From: a virus
Taxonomy: Duplodnaviria > Heunggongvirae > Uroviricota > Caudoviricetes
Virus record (IMG/VR): IMGVR_UViG_3300032007_003791
DNA length: 64,000 bases
Reading direction: 5' to 3' (one strand)
The stretch's first letter is position 1. Every line of letters begins with the position of its first letter. A program made the translations under genes and the position numbers. The notes beneath the pieces are model-generated. The model made no database searches and was not told where the DNA came from. It worked only from the letters and a program-made list of their open reading frames with translations. This document shows positions 18,163 to 27,486 of this stretch, piece after piece.

Positions 18163-19297
18163 GGCAATCAAATACGAACTCCGCCCGAACGCCACACAGC
18201 GCTCGCTCATCAACCGTACCTGCGGATGCTGCCGGTTCGTATACAACAGAGCCCTTGCATTTGCGAAAGAGAACCGTGTCAGCAATTACGACCTTGTGAA
18301 GCGGCTACCCGGTCTTAAGTCCGAGTTCGACTGGCTGAAAGAAGTGCCGTCTCAAGCCTTGCAACAAGCGGTGATAGATCTCGGTAAGGCGTTCAAGAAC
18401 AAGTGGAACGGACACAACGACTGGCCGGTGTTCCACAAAAAAGGTCGGAAGGATTCGTACCGCATCCCGGCCGGTTGCGAGATTGACTACACGCACTATA
18501 AGGTCAAGCTTGCCAAACTGGGGTGGGTCAAGTTTTACAAGGACAAACCTATAGACCAGGCGAAAATACATTCATATACTGTCAGCAGGTCGTCAACCGG
18601 ACGATACTACATATCGCTATTGTACGAAGCGCCTGACCGTTTACCTCTTGCCAACGGGAAGTCCGTCGGTATAGACGTGGGCGTCAAGGAGTTCGCCGTC
18701 TGTTCGGACGGGGTGGTGTTTGAAAACCAAAAGCACTACCGGCGTCAGATGCGGCGTCTTCGCGTCCTACAGAGGACGATGGCTCGGCGTTACGACAAAG
18801 GCAGGGATATTTACGATGCAAACGGGCGGAAAATCGGCGAGAACGGTCCTCAGTCAAGGAACTGGTACAAAGCCAAGGCGGCCGTTGCCAAATGCCATGA
18901 GAAAATCAGGAACCAGCGGAACGACTATCTCAACAAGGTAAGTTCCCTGATTGCTTCTCAATATAGCATCGTCTGTGTCGAAGACCTGAACGTCAAGGGC
19001 ATGGTGAAGAACCGCCATTTGTCAAAAGCAATATCCGACTGCGGCTGGACCGCATTCAAGACGATGCTGAAATACAAGTGCGACACGCTCATCGAGGTGG
19101 ACAGGTTCTTCGCGTCCAGCCAGACGTGCCATTGCTGCGGCTATAAGAACGTTCGTGTCAAAAACCTGTCCGTACGTGACTGGGTCTGTCCCGAATGCGG
19201 GACACACCACGACAGGGACGAAAACGCCGCACAGAACATACTCCGGGAAGGACTGTCTCGGTATTCCATAAGCGCTTCAGTGGAAGCGCTGGGATAG
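18157..19297 (+). CDS. tnpB: TnpB (OrfB; RuvC-like RNA-guided nuclease of IS605)
   Basis: ~380 aa from [12 protein letters not shown]; split RuvC (GIDVGVKEF...; [11 protein letters not shown]), C-terminal zinc finger CHCCGY...CPECG. Overlaps the tnpA 3' end. Confidence 0.9.
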
Positions 19298-19325
19298 AAC
19301 CCCACGAATTCATTCGTGGGAGCAG

Positions 19326-19760
19326 TCAGGATGCGGTGTTTTTACTGCGCCGGGCCCCGTGAAAGGGATTCTCAGAGCGTCTCTGAGTACCGAACGGGAA
19401 GCGCAGATATGAGAAAGCGTCGGGTCCCGGGGAGCGTGCGGCGGAGTGTTCCTCCGCCGCAAGTCTCAACGGGTGACGCGAATTGGGGAAAAGTCGGGCC
19501 CCGTGAAAGCAAGCGATGAAAATCTGATACGAATAGTATCAGAGGGTCATCGCAAAATTGAACGGGTGACGAGTGGGATGGGTGAAGGAAGTGGGTGTTT
19601 GTTTTATGGCTGAGAGGGAGGTCGGGGGCACTGAAAAGAAATGGGGAAGGAACCGTAGTCCCCTCCCCCGTATAAGGATACTTGGATGTTGTCTGTTTAG
19701 GATTTAACCACTTTTTGCGTTTACCCGGTAAGGGGCTGACTGCAATTTGAGGTTGAAAAC
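19326..19760. other. G-skewed gene-free tract 1 (right part) / likely TnpB guide-flank region
   Basis: No ORF; repeated gggccccgtgaaag boxes at ~19352 and ~19496. Composition matches 16440-17683. Confidence 0.5.
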
Positions 19761-19762
19761 CG

Positions 19763-20458
19763 TTATTTGTCAGCGTTTTTCCGGTAGGGCGATGAGGTGC
19801 CGGATTCGAAGTGTATCTCATGCTTGCCGTCCAGGGTTTCACGGACGGATGTGAAGTGGAAGGTGCTCCGCTGGATGCCGGACAGGAACTGTTCGCGTCC
19901 AAGGAGTTCAAGGGCCTCTTCGAGCGTGATGGCTGTTTCGTAGTCCAGGAGATAGACGGACTGGTTGGCACAGGTCTCGATGTATTTTAGGTCTTCTTCC
20001 CTTTCGCCCCAGTTCATCAGAAGGGTCTTGTCTTCTTCTGTGAGGATAAAGGGGGTCTTTGGTTTGAAGTACTTGCACTTCGCCTTGTAGGCTTTATTAA
20101 GGCGGGCGGCAAGGACGGCGTTGCTGTAGCGTGGACCGTCTATGTCGTTTACAAGGACGGCGGGGTCTTTGAACGAGTCGCCGTAATGAGGTTTGGAGAG
20201 CATTGAATCGACTACCTCCATTGCGGACTTGATGGTGAAGTGCTCCTGGCCAAGGATATGTCGGAGTATTTTTCCTTGGTACTGCAGTTGGAGGTTGCCT
20301 TCTTTGTTGTTGAGGCCGCGTGTTGTCACTGCGAGCATGAGGTTGCGGCCGTTCGTGGGATGTTTGAAGACTGCAACGATTTCGTTGAAATAGTTTTTGT
20401 AGAATTCCGGCTGTGTTTCGTATCTGGCCGGTATGAAATTGGGTCTGTTCTTAATCAT
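19763..20458 (-). CDS. hypothetical protein
   Basis: 231 aa ORF. First gene of the long minus-strand block. Confidence 0.45.
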   Translation of the reverse strand: MIKNRPNFIPARYETQPEFYKNYFNEIVAVFKHPTNGRNLMLAVTTRGLNNKEGNLQLQYQGKILRHILGQEHFTIKSAMEVVDSMLSKPHYGDSFKDPAVLVNDIDGPRYSNAVLAARLNKAYKAKCKYFKPKTPFILTEEDKTLLMNWGEREEDLKYIETCANQSVYLLDYETAITLEEALELLGREQFLSGIQRSTFHFTSVRETLDGKHEIHFESGTSSPYRKNADK

Positions 20459-20532
20459 GGGTTTCAGGATTTTTGGATTAATCTTGATAGATGCGGATGA
20501 AGTGGCACGTCGGTACCGGGCGATAAGCGGAT

Positions 20533-21186
20533 TTAGAAGGCTGCTGCCTTGATTCTCTCATCTGTTATAAGGCCTTCGGCTTCTTCCTCCATGGTGAGCC
20601 AGAAGTCCTTTTCGTTCCAGTCGGTGTTCCAGTATTTCTTGGTCAGTTTCCATGCACATTTTTGGATGGTGGTGCTAACCCAGACTCCGTCGTTGTTGAT
20701 GGCATAGAGCTCTTTGTAGGCGAGCATGGTAAGTTCCACGAGGATTTCCGGGTCAACGCTTTCCGGTTCGAGTGGTTTCGGTTTATTGACCGGTTTACCG
20801 TTGATACTGTAAGGTGTGACGGATTGCAGGTTCTCTTCATTGATGTAATCGTCAGGATTGGCCATGATTTTCTCTATGGCTTGGCTGATGATGGTTTCCA
20901 TCTCGGCTTCAGTCGGCTTGGCAGGGTTGGCCACCTCAATCTCAACGTTAGTCATTGGACAGAAGGCTACGTCATAGGTGGCCTTGATCAGCTCGTTTGA
21001 TTTCTTCTGGCCCTGGTTTTTCTGATACTTCTCACCTCCGTTCTGCAGCAGGGCGAGCATTTCATCTGTGGAGCGTTTGTAGTTGCGGGCCATGTCTTTG
21101 ATGTTCCAGTTCCACTCGTTGATGAGTTCCTGGCGGATCTCCTCCGGAGAGCGGAGGGAGATGCCTTTGAGTTTGGTTTCGTTCAT
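20533..21186 (-). CDS. hypothetical protein
   Basis: Start trimmed to MNETKLKG to remove the overlap with the upstream gene. Confidence 0.4.
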   Translation of the reverse strand: MNETKLKGISLRSPEEIRQELINEWNWNIKDMARNYKRSTDEMLALLQNGGEKYQKNQGQKKSNELIKATYDVAFCPMTNVEIEVANPAKPTEAEMETIISQAIEKIMANPDDYINEENLQSVTPYSINGKPVNKPKPLEPESVDPEILVELTMLAYKELYAINNDGVWVSTTIQKCAWKLTKKYWNTDWNEKDFWLTMEEEAEGLITDERIKAAAF

Positions 21187-21248
21187 AGTTTTTTGGAGTA
21201 GGAAAGGGAGTGTCTCTCCGTTGAAGGAGAGGCACTCCCGGAGGATAA

Positions 21249-22091
21249 TTATTGTTTTTGAATATTGATGAATGGCATGGCGCCGCTGCCATTGTAGGTC
21301 GGCATTTGGCCGTTCCATTTTTCGATGGCGTATTGCTGTACGAGGAGGCTGTTGAGTGAGGCGGCCACGACGCGGTTATAGTAGGCTTCGCCGTCGCCCT
21401 GGATTTTCTGGGCTTCTGCTTCACCCCTTGCTTTTGCAATTGCTATCTTGGCTTCCGCTTCGGCTTCCTTGACCTTGTTCTCGGCCTTGAGTGCATTTTG
21501 TACGGCTTCATTCTTGGCGTTGATTGCTGCTGTCAATGACTCCGGCGGGTCAATCTTGGTGGTGAATTCCCTGACGATGAATCCTTCCTGGTTCATTGAT
21601 TCGTCGAGACGTTGTCGTACTTCGCTTTCGAATTTGGCCCTGTTTGCCATGAGTTCGTCGGAGGTGTAGTTGTTGGCGCAGGTGCGGTAGGCTTCGAAGA
21701 TACATGTACTGATATAGCCTTGTTCTAACTCCTTGACTGGCTTTCTGTATTTGACGAAGATGTCGACGGCTTTCTTTTCGTCAATCTGGTATGCCAGCGT
21801 CGGTTTCATTGAGAAGATGGCAGCATCCTTCGGATTGACGGTGAAGGCGTCGTAGGTGACGCGCTGGATGTAGGTTGGATACTCGAACACGTTCTCGGTG
21901 ATCATGTTGTACCAGACCCAGCCTCGGCAGGTGCCTTCGACACCGCCTTTCAGGTTCTCGTCAGATGACCATTTCTTGAACTTGATTCCGACCGATGCGG
22001 AGTCAATGGTTGTGCATGCGCAGGAGGAGGCGAAGGCCGTGATGGCCAGGAGAGCTGCCAGAAGCAGCAGGATGGATTTTGCTTTTTTCAT
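21249..22091 (-). CDS. SPFH/band-7 domain lipoprotein (HflC/prohibitin-like)
   Basis: 280 aa; lipoprotein signal LLAITAFASSC; band-7 core plus Ala/Glu-rich coiled coil AEAEAKIAIAKARGEAEAQKI. Confidence 0.75.
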   Translation of the reverse strand: MKKAKSILLLLAALLAITAFASSCACTTIDSASVGIKFKKWSSDENLKGGVEGTCRGWVWYNMITENVFEYPTYIQRVTYDAFTVNPKDAAIFSMKPTLAYQIDEKKAVDIFVKYRKPVKELEQGYISTCIFEAYRTCANNYTSDELMANRAKFESEVRQRLDESMNQEGFIVREFTTKIDPPESLTAAINAKNEAVQNALKAENKVKEAEAEAKIAIAKARGEAEAQKIQGDGEAYYNRVVAASLNSLLVQQYAIEKWNGQMPTYNGSGAMPFINIQKQ

Positions 22092-22133
22092 AGAAATTGT
22101 TTTTGAGTGTTTATTTATGGGTGTTTTTATTTC

Positions 22134-23054
22134 TTATTTGATGATTGTGTTATTTTCGTTCCAAGAGATAGAGATATTGCCGGAAACAAGGCACTTGAAC
22201 GTGTTAATCCGGCGGTTCTCAATGTCGTTTTCGCAGACTTGCTCCGCCACTTTTGAACCGATATTCCAGTTGACGATAACCGGTAATTTCGCCGGAATGA
22301 GCACATACCGTACAAATCCGAGCGTAAGAGGGTTTTCAATGCAGGTAATCTGGCCGCCCAGGTATTCAATCAAGTTCTCGAAAAAGCTATTGTACTCTGC
22401 GTCCGAAAGAATCATTTTCGCCGCCTCGTCGTTGTTTTGAGGGTTTACGGAAAAAGAGTCTTTCGGAATGATATTGGAAACGCGCACCTCGTCGCAAGCT
22501 CCTTTCAGCGTTTCGTAGAACCGCATAAAAGAATCCAGGTTATCGTGATTCTCACGCCAGATATTCGTGTTTACACGGACCTTTATGCCGTTATCGTGCG
22601 CAATATCGTAGATTTCTTTCAGCCTTGAACGTAAGATAAAGTCCTCGTTATGATAGGAAATGTTCAGCCCGTAAAGACCGGCACGAATCATGTCGATTAA
22701 AAGCTGGTTAGTAAGCGCTATTCCGTTGGTGGTTAAGCGCACCTTTTGAATGCCGGCGTCGTAGAGCCCGGTTATCATTTCGCAAATATCCGGGTGGAGA
22801 GTAGGCTCGCCGCCAAGAATGATTGCTTCCTTGATGCCGTATTTTTCAACCGCCTCTTTAACTGTCCTGCGCATCTTTTTTACGGACAGTTGAAGCGTAT
22901 GGTCGGTTTCGCTATTGATGCAATAAGGGCAAGCCCTATTACATTTATTTGTTGCCACTACCGATAAATAGGCGTTGTTCGATACAAGACCTATTTCGGT
23001 AGGATAATAAACGTTTTGCTTGAAGATTTCAAGCGAGTCTTTTTGAATGATCAT
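22134..23054 (-). CDS. radical SAM enzyme (CxxxCxxC; MoaA/activase-like, specific function unknown)
   Basis: 306 aa; CNRACPYC cluster, GGEPTL motif, TTNG motif. Confidence 0.75.
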   Translation of the reverse strand: MIIQKDSLEIFKQNVYYPTEIGLVSNNAYLSVVATNKCNRACPYCINSETDHTLQLSVKKMRRTVKEAVEKYGIKEAIILGGEPTLHPDICEMITGLYDAGIQKVRLTTNGIALTNQLLIDMIRAGLYGLNISYHNEDFILRSRLKEIYDIAHDNGIKVRVNTNIWRENHDNLDSFMRFYETLKGACDEVRVSNIIPKDSFSVNPQNNDEAAKMILSDAEYNSFFENLIEYLGGQITCIENPLTLGFVRYVLIPAKLPVIVNWNIGSKVAEQVCENDIENRRINTFKCLVSGNISISWNENNTIIK

Positions 23055-23087
23055 TTTAAGTTTCGCAAGTGGTAAAGTGGATATGGA

Positions 23088-23408
23088 TTATTGTCTGGAA
23101 AAGACATAGTCCGGATTCTTGTCGAATCCAGAAATGGAAATCTTGTAATCGTCGAAATCTTGTCTGTTAGCAATCCGGAATCTTCCCTTGGGGGCTAAGA
23201 TGATTTTATCAAGCAATGTCGGTTCGCCTCCTTTTATGTGCTGGATTGCCAGCACAACGAGTTTACAGAAAGGCTCCGAGATGTCATCGTCGGTATAGCC
23301 GAAGGTGTTTTCGTCTAAAACGATGAAGGTCGTTTTACTCGTTTTATGCATATTCGTCAAATTGATGTTTATTGGCATTTTGAAAATGCTCCGGCCGGTA
23401 GCATCCAT
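23088..23408 (-). CDS. hypothetical small protein (shares the heptapeptide GGEPTLL with the adjacent radical SAM protein; possible gene remnant)
   Basis: 106 aa ORF, overlaps the next ORF by 40 nt. Confidence 0.3.
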   Translation of the reverse strand: MDATGRSIFKMPININLTNMHKTSKTTFIVLDENTFGYTDDDISEPFCKLVVLAIQHIKGGEPTLLDKIILAPKGRFRIANRQDFDDYKISISGFDKNPDYVFSRQ

Positions 23409-24340
23409 TGTTTTTCGTCAGGGACAATGACAGGAGCGGTATATCCGAAGGAGGTTGCAAGGGTGGCCAGTTCTGGGGTTATGGCCTCATAAGGTTTCCC
23501 TTTTGCGATGAGAGAAGTAAGGTCGGTGTCCCGTTTGAGCGTGACGCCGAAATCCTTTTCAAAGGCAACGAGCTTGTCGAACTTGTGTCTGGAGATGCAG
23601 GCTGCGCTGGCGAACTGATGCTGGTTGCCGAAGACACAGAATTTGCAGGAACATCGTCCGAAGCCCATGAAGTAACAGGGGTGTGGCCGGATGCGGTATT
23701 TCTCCAGGAGGTCCCAGACCTGTTGTTCCTTCCAGTCTCGGATGGGACGGAACCGGTCGATGTGGCGGAAGGAGTGTTTGCCGCTGCGGAGGTCGGCCTT
23801 GTCGGGTTCCAGGATGGCATAGCCTGCCCGTTGCTTGCTCTCTTCTCCGCGTTCGCCGGAGAGGACCAGCGTGCGGATATTCTGGAATCTCGGGTCATGA
23901 CGGAGTGCCGTGGTACAGACGTCGATTTTCAGGTAAGCCGAGCACCAGCGCACACGGAGGTCCGGGGATGGCTGAGGGAAGCGGCGTCTGGTGGAAGGTT
24001 TGCCACGTTCTCCGCCAACGCTTTCTGTGGTTCCGTCAGGAAGTTCAAAGTGGACGGGTGCCGTGAGGCTGTTGTCGCGGAGCATTTCTCTTGTAAATCC
24101 GCCTTCTTTCCACTGAAAGAGGACGGAAATACCGAGGGCTTCGCCAAGCTTGCGGCAGTAGTCCGGGGTTACTTCCCAGTCGAAGAGGCTGGGGCCGCGT
24201 CCGTCTATCTCCTGATGCCAGAGCTCGATTTTCTCTTTCGGAACGCCGTTGTCAAGGAGGTACAACAGGCAGGCTGTGGAGTCTTTTCCGCCAGAAAAGG
24301 AGACAATGTATTTGTCGTACGAAAGAAGGTCAAATTCCAT
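23369..24340 (-). CDS. PAPS-reductase-like PP-loop ATPase family protein
   Basis: 323 aa; PP-loop VSFSGGKDSTACLL; C-terminal Cys cluster CSCKFC. Confidence 0.75.
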   Translation of the reverse strand: MEFDLLSYDKYIVSFSGGKDSTACLLYLLDNGVPKEKIELWHQEIDGRGPSLFDWEVTPDYCRKLGEALGISVLFQWKEGGFTREMLRDNSLTAPVHFELPDGTTESVGGERGKPSTRRRFPQPSPDLRVRWCSAYLKIDVCTTALRHDPRFQNIRTLVLSGERGEESKQRAGYAILEPDKADLRSGKHSFRHIDRFRPIRDWKEQQVWDLLEKYRIRPHPCYFMGFGRCSCKFCVFGNQHQFASAACISRHKFDKLVAFEKDFGVTLKRDTDLTSLIAKGKPYEAITPELATLATSFGYTAPVIVPDEKQWMLPAGAFSKCQ

Positions 24341-24406
24341 TTTCTTGAGAGCGTTTATAGATGGAATATGAACTGCAGTAATTTCTTGTACATCACTATT
24401 TTTGCA

Positions 24407-24796
24407 TTATGGTAGTGGATTAAGGCCCTCCGCTATTTCGATTATTTTGTTGATGTCTCCCGGCCCTGTCTGCCAGATGGTGGAATTACCATGTTCTTTG
24501 ATTGCGGAGTTTTCCGCATTGTTGAGTTTGTCGAATTCTTTGATATCGCCGTTGAATGGATCCATGTACCAGAACTTCGCCTTGGGCCGGAAAATCATCT
24601 TTGCTTTTTTCTGGCAGGTTTCGCAGAGGCCTTCGTATGGAGTCTCATAATGGAGATTGTCCCAAGTGACTTCTATTCCTTCTTTTACAGGTTTTTTGTA
24701 AGCGCAAAGGGGCACTCCATTGGGGGTTCCGATATGTGTCCTTGTTTTTGCTCCAATCTGGTGGGAACTTTGTGGGAGGTATATCAGTTTTTCCAT
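24407..24796 (-). CDS. hypothetical protein
   Basis: 129 aa ORF. Confidence 0.4.
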   Translation of the reverse strand: MEKLIYLPQSSHQIGAKTRTHIGTPNGVPLCAYKKPVKEGIEVTWDNLHYETPYEGLCETCQKKAKMIFRPKAKFWYMDPFNGDIKEFDKLNNAENSAIKEHGNSTIWQTGPGDINKIIEIAEGLNPLP

Positions 24797-24880
24797 AAGG
24801 TTTTGTGATTCGAAAAGTCCTAAAACTCAAGAAAAATACGGGGTTTTACTCAAGATTTAGGACTTTTTATCTGAAATGTT

Positions 24881-25810
24881 TTATGCTCCTGGGACGCAGA
24901 TGAAATCTACGGTAGCGGTGTATCCTTTTCCGCTGTCGGTGAATGATGCGTCGATGGTAATGTCGCATCGGGAGTTGGCGTCGAACCGTATCTGTCCGGT
25001 CGTCTCAACCCGTGCGCTTTCACCGTTTTCATCGGGCACATCGAAGCAGCACCAGAAGACGGTATTCTCTTCGTCTATCCAGTGCCACTCGCCGACGTAG
25101 GGGTCAATCTTTTCAAAAGAGATGATGAAAGTGCCAAGCTTTGTAAAGGTGAGGCTCGTGACCCGCATGTTCTCTGCCCGTTCGCAGTAGTTGTCATGGA
25201 TTTCTACGGCCCTTCGTGCGAGGTTGGCGAACTTGGTTTTGCTGAGCTTCTGGAGGTCTGCACCGTACCAGACGATTCGGTCGAGGATTTCTGCAAGGTC
25301 GCATCCCGTGAAGGATTCTCCTATCCGTGTAGCTTGTCCTGTTCGCAGTATGATGATGGTCTTTTCCGGTATCCAACTGTGGCAGAGGCTTTCGGTGAAG
25401 GGAGAGAGGGGTGCCGGTTCGGCGACATAGTCGTTCAGCTGTGCGGTCTGTTCTTTATTGAGCACGGGTGTACTGTTGAGCACGGGTGTGCGGAGCGTAT
25501 CTCCGGGTGTCACGATGATATCGGGCATGGTTATGGAATCACTCTCGGCGCGGTAATCACCGAAGGTGTATTTCCTGTTTCCTTTCTCCGTCACCTTGTA
25601 TATGAGGTAGCGGCCGTCTTCCGTCAGTTCGACGAACAGGGAGTCTCCGTCGTGCAGGAACGAGTATCTTTCGTTGACGTATGCGGCGGCCGAAGGGATG
25701 GCCGGTATGCCTTCTTCGGCCTTGAAGTCGATTTCCGGAGCGCAAGACATGCAGGACATGATTGCGGCTGCAATGAGCCACAGGGCGGTTTTGATATTCT
25801 TCTGGTGCAT
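24881..25810 (-). CDS. hypothetical lipoprotein
   Basis: 309 aa; signal peptide plus lipobox LIAAAIMSCMSC. Confidence 0.5.
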   Translation of the reverse strand: MHQKNIKTALWLIAAAIMSCMSCAPEIDFKAEEGIPAIPSAAAYVNERYSFLHDGDSLFVELTEDGRYLIYKVTEKGNRKYTFGDYRAESDSITMPDIIVTPGDTLRTPVLNSTPVLNKEQTAQLNDYVAEPAPLSPFTESLCHSWIPEKTIIILRTGQATRIGESFTGCDLAEILDRIVWYGADLQKLSKTKFANLARRAVEIHDNYCERAENMRVTSLTFTKLGTFIISFEKIDPYVGEWHWIDEENTVFWCCFDVPDENGESARVETTGQIRFDANSRCDITIDASFTDSGKGYTATVDFICVPGA

Positions 25811-25820
25811 AAGTATTGGT

Positions 25821-26534
25821 TTAAATGTTATTGTTTTCGGAGGTTAGCGCTTCCCAGCGTGGGAACGCATGGGCTATCCCTTCTTCGATGAGGTTGTTGC
25901 AGCCTTCGCGAAGAGGGTCGTCCGCTTCACCCGGAACGGCGTAGAGCGGGATGTCTACCGCCTGGGTGAACATCGCCACCTGATGTGCTCTGCTGTCTTT
26001 TTTCGCTGTGACGACATTGACCACATCGCTTACGAGGGCAATCACGGCATCGCGGTCGTAGTAGTTGTTTCGCGTCACGGTGACGGAGTCCTCGAACTGG
26101 GTGAGAAGGCCGCAGCCGGGTGTCTGGATTATCCTTTCTGCGAGTTCTTTGTATCGCTTGGGGTAATTGCCTTCAAGGCCTTCCGAAAGGACGGCGACTA
26201 CCGGAATGCCGTTGTCCAGTGCCGCCTGCAGTGCGGTGATATCCACACCGGCTGAGAAGCTGGATACAAGGATGACGTTCCGGTGATTGAGTTGGCTTGC
26301 TTCCTTCATCCTTTCGATTATGGAAGAAATCTGTTCCTTTGCCTTGCAGTCAATGCTGCGGTCACCGATGACGGCGAAGCGGACGGTTTGTTCGTTAAGG
26401 AAGACCGACAGGTCGCCGGAGAAGCGGAGGGAGTCGATGGGACTGACGTAGAACCGTATCTTCTCTGCGATGTCTTTCGTTTTCCTGAAGACGCGGCTCC
26501 AGATGGGATGCTGTTTCTTGATGTAGTAGAGCAT
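25821..26534 (-). CDS. DprA/Smf-like (SLOG-type Rossmann) protein
   Basis: Start trimmed to MLYYIKKQ; DprA-like core VILVSSFSAGVDITALQAALDNGIPVVAVLSEGLEGNYPKRY. Confidence 0.6.
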   Translation of the reverse strand: MLYYIKKQHPIWSRVFRKTKDIAEKIRFYVSPIDSLRFSGDLSVFLNEQTVRFAVIGDRSIDCKAKEQISSIIERMKEASQLNHRNVILVSSFSAGVDITALQAALDNGIPVVAVLSEGLEGNYPKRYKELAERIIQTPGCGLLTQFEDSVTVTRNNYYDRDAVIALVSDVVNVVTAKKDSRAHQVAMFTQAVDIPLYAVPGEADDPLREGCNNLIEEGIAHAFPRWEALTSENNNI

Positions 26535-26577
26535 TTCTTTGATAAGTATGTTGATTTCCGGTCGGGTGGAATTAGAC

Positions 26578-26946
26578 TTAGATGTTGGCAGATTCCTCGG
26601 GCCAGTAGCCGTAGTCGCTTCCGTCCCCAGGATGAGAGCCGAAGTAGTAGCCTTCAGGGGCGTAGGATTCCATGATTTCCCATAATTCTTCATTAAAGAA
26701 GTAGGAAATATCCTCGGAATCCCAGCGTTCGTCCTTGTCGCTTGCGCCGGCATCCGTAATCACGCACATGTTCCAATTCGTTCCGTTGATACTTTGCATT
26801 ATTTGGGCGTACTCCGCAGTGTCGCGGATTGCGTTGAGAAATGCGGGGATAAGGTCGCAAGGACGCATCGTGGCGTGGATAAGGGTTGCGCCAAGCGGAG
26901 CGTAAATCACGCATCCGGTGCGCTCGTCTTTAAATTGTCTTTCCAT
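26578..26946 (-). CDS. hypothetical protein
   Basis: 122 aa ORF. Confidence 0.4.
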   Translation of the reverse strand: MERQFKDERTGCVIYAPLGATLIHATMRPCDLIPAFLNAIRDTAEYAQIMQSINGTNWNMCVITDAGASDKDERWDSEDISYFFNEELWEIMESYAPEGYYFGSHPGDGSDYGYWPEESANI

Positions 26947-27001
26947 AATGATTGTTGATTGGTTTGTAGCGGTTAGAGGGGAGGTGTTGCCTCCCCGTCA
27001 A

Positions 27002-27469
27002 TCAAATGCCAGAAGCGACCGCTTTGGCCACGGCCCGTGCATCCTCTGCAAATCGCTCGAAGTCTGCCTTCATCTGCGGTATATCCTTCACCTCGTTCTC
27101 GGAAATCGCTTTCATTTTATTCGCCTCTGCATACATTGCACTTTTGATGCGGAACATCTGGTCGAAGGTCAAACCGTAGATTGCATAGCGGGGTCCGTCG
27201 TTGGTGGCCCGCTTTGTTACTTTGATACCTTTTCTCTCTTTTTTGGATTTTGCCTTGGCCAAGGCATGCACATAGGCTTCGTTGATTACTTCACCCAGTT
27301 CATCCTCGTAGTACCCTTCGGCAAAGCACTCGGATTGCCCGTTCTTGCTTTTGATAATCACGGAGTAAGCATCGCAATCGTCCTTTTGGAGTTCGATTTG
27401 CATTCCGTACTTTTTGAGGCCCGCATTGGCAAGTTTCCAAATATCGGTGTAATCGTTTCTTTTGTTCAT
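27002..27469 (-). CDS. hypothetical protein
   Basis: 155 aa ORF. Confidence 0.4.
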   Translation of the reverse strand: MNKRNDYTDIWKLANAGLKKYGMQIELQKDDCDAYSVIIKSKNGQSECFAEGYYEDELGEVINEAYVHALAKAKSKKERKGIKVTKRATNDGPRYAIYGLTFDQMFRIKSAMYAEANKMKAISENEVKDIPQMKADFERFAEDARAVAKAVASGI

Positions 27470-27486
27470 GGTGTTTTGCGAAAAGT

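Larger units (their letters stand above)
17680..19330 (+). mobile_element. IS200/IS605-family insertion sequence (IS605 group, tnpA + tnpB)
   Basis: LE hairpin cccacgatttcaatcgtggg (17686-17705) plus a second palindrome cgttacatttgtatgtaacg (17745-17764). RE hairpin cccacgaattcattcgtggg (19301-19320) directly after the tnpB stop. Confidence 0.85.

Noticed and set aside
23088-23408. GGEPTLL-containing 106-aa ORF as a second radical SAM enzyme
   Set aside because: It lacks the CxxxCxxC cluster and overlaps the PP-loop gene. It was kept as a low-confidence hypothetical or possible remnant, not as an enzyme.
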